A stretch of DNA of 64,000 nucleotides from a virus, in the IMG/VR virus record IMGVR_UViG_3300037423_000480, positions 9,223-73,222 of that record; one strand, given 5' to 3'. The notes beneath the pieces are model-generated. The model saw only the letters and a list, made by a program, of their open reading frames with translations, did not search any database and was not told the DNA's origin. The position numbers and the translations under genes are program-made. Of the stretch, positions 62,497-64,000 are shown in pieces (the first letter of the stretch is position 1; each line of letters opens with the position of its first letter).

Positions 62497-63927
62497 ATGG
62501 ACCGAATGCAGGTCTATCTCGGACAGGTGCCGCTCGAAACCGATGTCCTGAACACCAACAAGTTCGCGATGATCGGACTGGCCAAGCTGGCTTCCGCGAT
62601 TCTCGGCACCGGGCCTGTGCTGCACAGCCTGCCGTGCACGCCCGGGACCGGCCTGACCGTGACAGTTGGCGCTGGTCAGATTTATCAGATGGCGAACATC
62701 GACAGCACCGCCTATTCGTCGCTGGCTGCCGATACCGCGCACCAGATTCTCAAGCAGGGCATTCTGCTCGACCCAGTGACGCTGAACTGCCCTGCCCCGG
62801 CGACCGCCGGCCAGTCGATCAATTACCTGGTGCAGGTCGGCTTTCAAGAGAACGACACCGGCTCGTCGCTGCTCCAGTTCTACAACGCCAGCAATCCTGC
62901 CGTTCCGTTCGTCGGACCGGCGGGCGCCGGATCGCCAAGCATGACGGTGCGCAGCGGGCAGTGCGTGGTGCAGCTCAAGGCAGGCGCCGCGGCGGCAACC
63001 GGCTCGCAGGCCACACCCAGCCCGGACAGCGGCTTCATCGCGGCCTACGTCGTCACCGTGGCGAATGGCGCCAGCAGCATCGTCTCCGGGAACATCGCGG
63101 TTGCGAACAACGCCCCGTTCCTCGCCGGCCTGCTCGCCTCGCACCATAGCGGCGCTCCGGGGCAGGCGCCGAAGATCAACCTGGCCACCGAGGTGCAGGG
63201 CATTCTGCCGCTGGCGAACCTGCCCGCCGGCCTCTCTGTCTGGTGCGGCACCGCGACCGGCTCGGCCAACGTGCAGACGCTGACGGCACCCGGCTCGCTG
63301 TCGGCCATGACCTCAGGCACCGCGCTGGCATGGCTGGCCGGCTTCACGAACACAGGCGCGACGACGGTCACCATCGGTGGCCTCGGCCCGTATCCGATCG
63401 TGAAAGACGGCCCGACCGGCCCAGTCGCGCTGACCGGCGGTGAGATCGTCGCAGGAGTCGTCATCACCGGGCGGTTCGACGGCACCAGCTTTCACCTGGA
63501 AGACACGGTGCTGGGAACGGCGGCGATGGCGAACAGCTCGGCCGGCACCGGCGTGGTCGCAGCGGTGCGCGGCAGCGTGGTCTCGGGGAACATCGCGATC
63601 TTCGATGACACGACCGGAACGGTGAAGGACGGCGGTCCACCGGGCGGCGTGGCGTCCGCAACCTACGTTACCGGCTCGGCCACGATCGGTCCTGGTTCGT
63701 ACCTCGTGAACACATCGGGCGGCCCGATCACCCTGACCCTACCGGCAGCGCCGCTCACGGGTGCCTCGATGGAGTTCACGGACGCGACTGGAACGTGGAG
63801 CACCAACCCGCTCACCCTGAACGGCAACGGCAAGACGATTTTCGGCTCGACCGATCCGCTGGTCGCGGACATCGGCGGCGAGATTTTCAAGATTTGGTAC
63901 AACGGCTCTGACTGGAGACTTATCTAA
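62497..63927 (+). CDS. Proximal tail fibre protein
   Basis: 'MDRMQVYLGQVPLETD.L' baseplate-attachment N-terminus; 'ITLTLPAAP..G.....TD..GTW.TNPLT' C-terminal domain. Confidence 0.75.
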   Translation: MDRMQVYLGQVPLETDVLNTNKFAMIGLAKLASAILGTGPVLHSLPCTPGTGLTVTVGAGQIYQMANIDSTAYSSLAADTAHQILKQGILLDPVTLNCPAPATAGQSINYLVQVGFQENDTGSSLLQFYNASNPAVPFVGPAGAGSPSMTVRSGQCVVQLKAGAAAATGSQATPSPDSGFIAAYVVTVANGASSIVSGNIAVANNAPFLAGLLASHHSGAPGQAPKINLATEVQGILPLANLPAGLSVWCGTATGSANVQTLTAPGSLSAMTSGTALAWLAGFTNTGATTVTIGGLGPYPIVKDGPTGPVALTGGEIVAGVVITGRFDGTSFHLEDTVLGTAAMANSSAGTGVVAAVRGSVVSGNIAIFDDTTGTVKDGGPPGGVASATYVTGSATIGPGSYLVNTSGGPITLTLPAAPLTGASMEFTDATGTWSTNPLTLNGNGKTIFGSTDPLVADIGGEIFKIWYNGSDWRLI

Positions 63928-64000
63928 TGACTTACCTCAGCGATCTCATCGGGCGCACCCAGCTCTCGAATGTCGTCAACAACAACGCCCCGGCAGGCTT
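63927..64000 (+). CDS. Next tail gene (3' truncated)
   Basis: TAATG coupled start, MTYLSDLIGRTQLSNVVNNNAPAG... Confidence 0.55.
   Translation, partial: MTYLSDLIGRTQLSNVVNNNAPAG

Larger units (their letters stand above)
16407..64000. mobile_element. Prophage 2 (lambdoid early region, contractile-tail late region; continues past window)
   Basis: Ordered int/xis - recombination - immunity - replication - Q - packaging - head - tail modules. Confidence 0.93.

Noticed and set aside
58750-64000. Diversity-generating retroelement or invertible tail-fibre cassette
   Set aside because: No reverse transcriptase, invertase, template/variable repeat pair or inverted repeats seen here; sequence beyond 64000 cannot be judged.
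1-64000. CRISPR array, rRNA, IS elements
   Set aside because: No regularly spaced repeats, rRNA-like sequence or transposase motifs noticed on reading.

Overview
GC-rich bacterial DNA (probably a betaproteobacterium; inference from protein families) made of two prophages in tandem. Prophage 1 (<1..~16450) is the late region of a P22-like podovirus: scaffold, coat, gp4/gp10-like tail hub, ejection proteins, beta-helix tailspike and a GH108 lysis cassette. It ends with an oppositely oriented orphan type VI secretion module (hcp, Rap1a/Tai4-type immunity gene, Tae4 amidase effector) and a 44-bp 3' fragment of tRNA-Ser that looks like an att site. Prophage 2 (16407..>64000) starts at that same fragment. 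It has a lambdoid early region (int, xis, C5 methylase, RecT/YqaJ, cI/cro with clear TTTAG-N4-CTAAA operators, adenine methylase, DUF1376-type initiator with internal ori, RuvC-like nuclease, Q-like antiterminator, pR'/tR') and a myovirus late region (terminase, portal, capsid, an extra fibre module, sheath, tube, -1 frameshifted chaperone, tape measure, baseplate, fibres). The strongest finding is the phage-borne Hcp-immunity-effector cassette. Several counter-oriented small membrane-protein morons are candidate exclusion or defence genes. Family assignments come from motif recognition by eye; no database searches were run.
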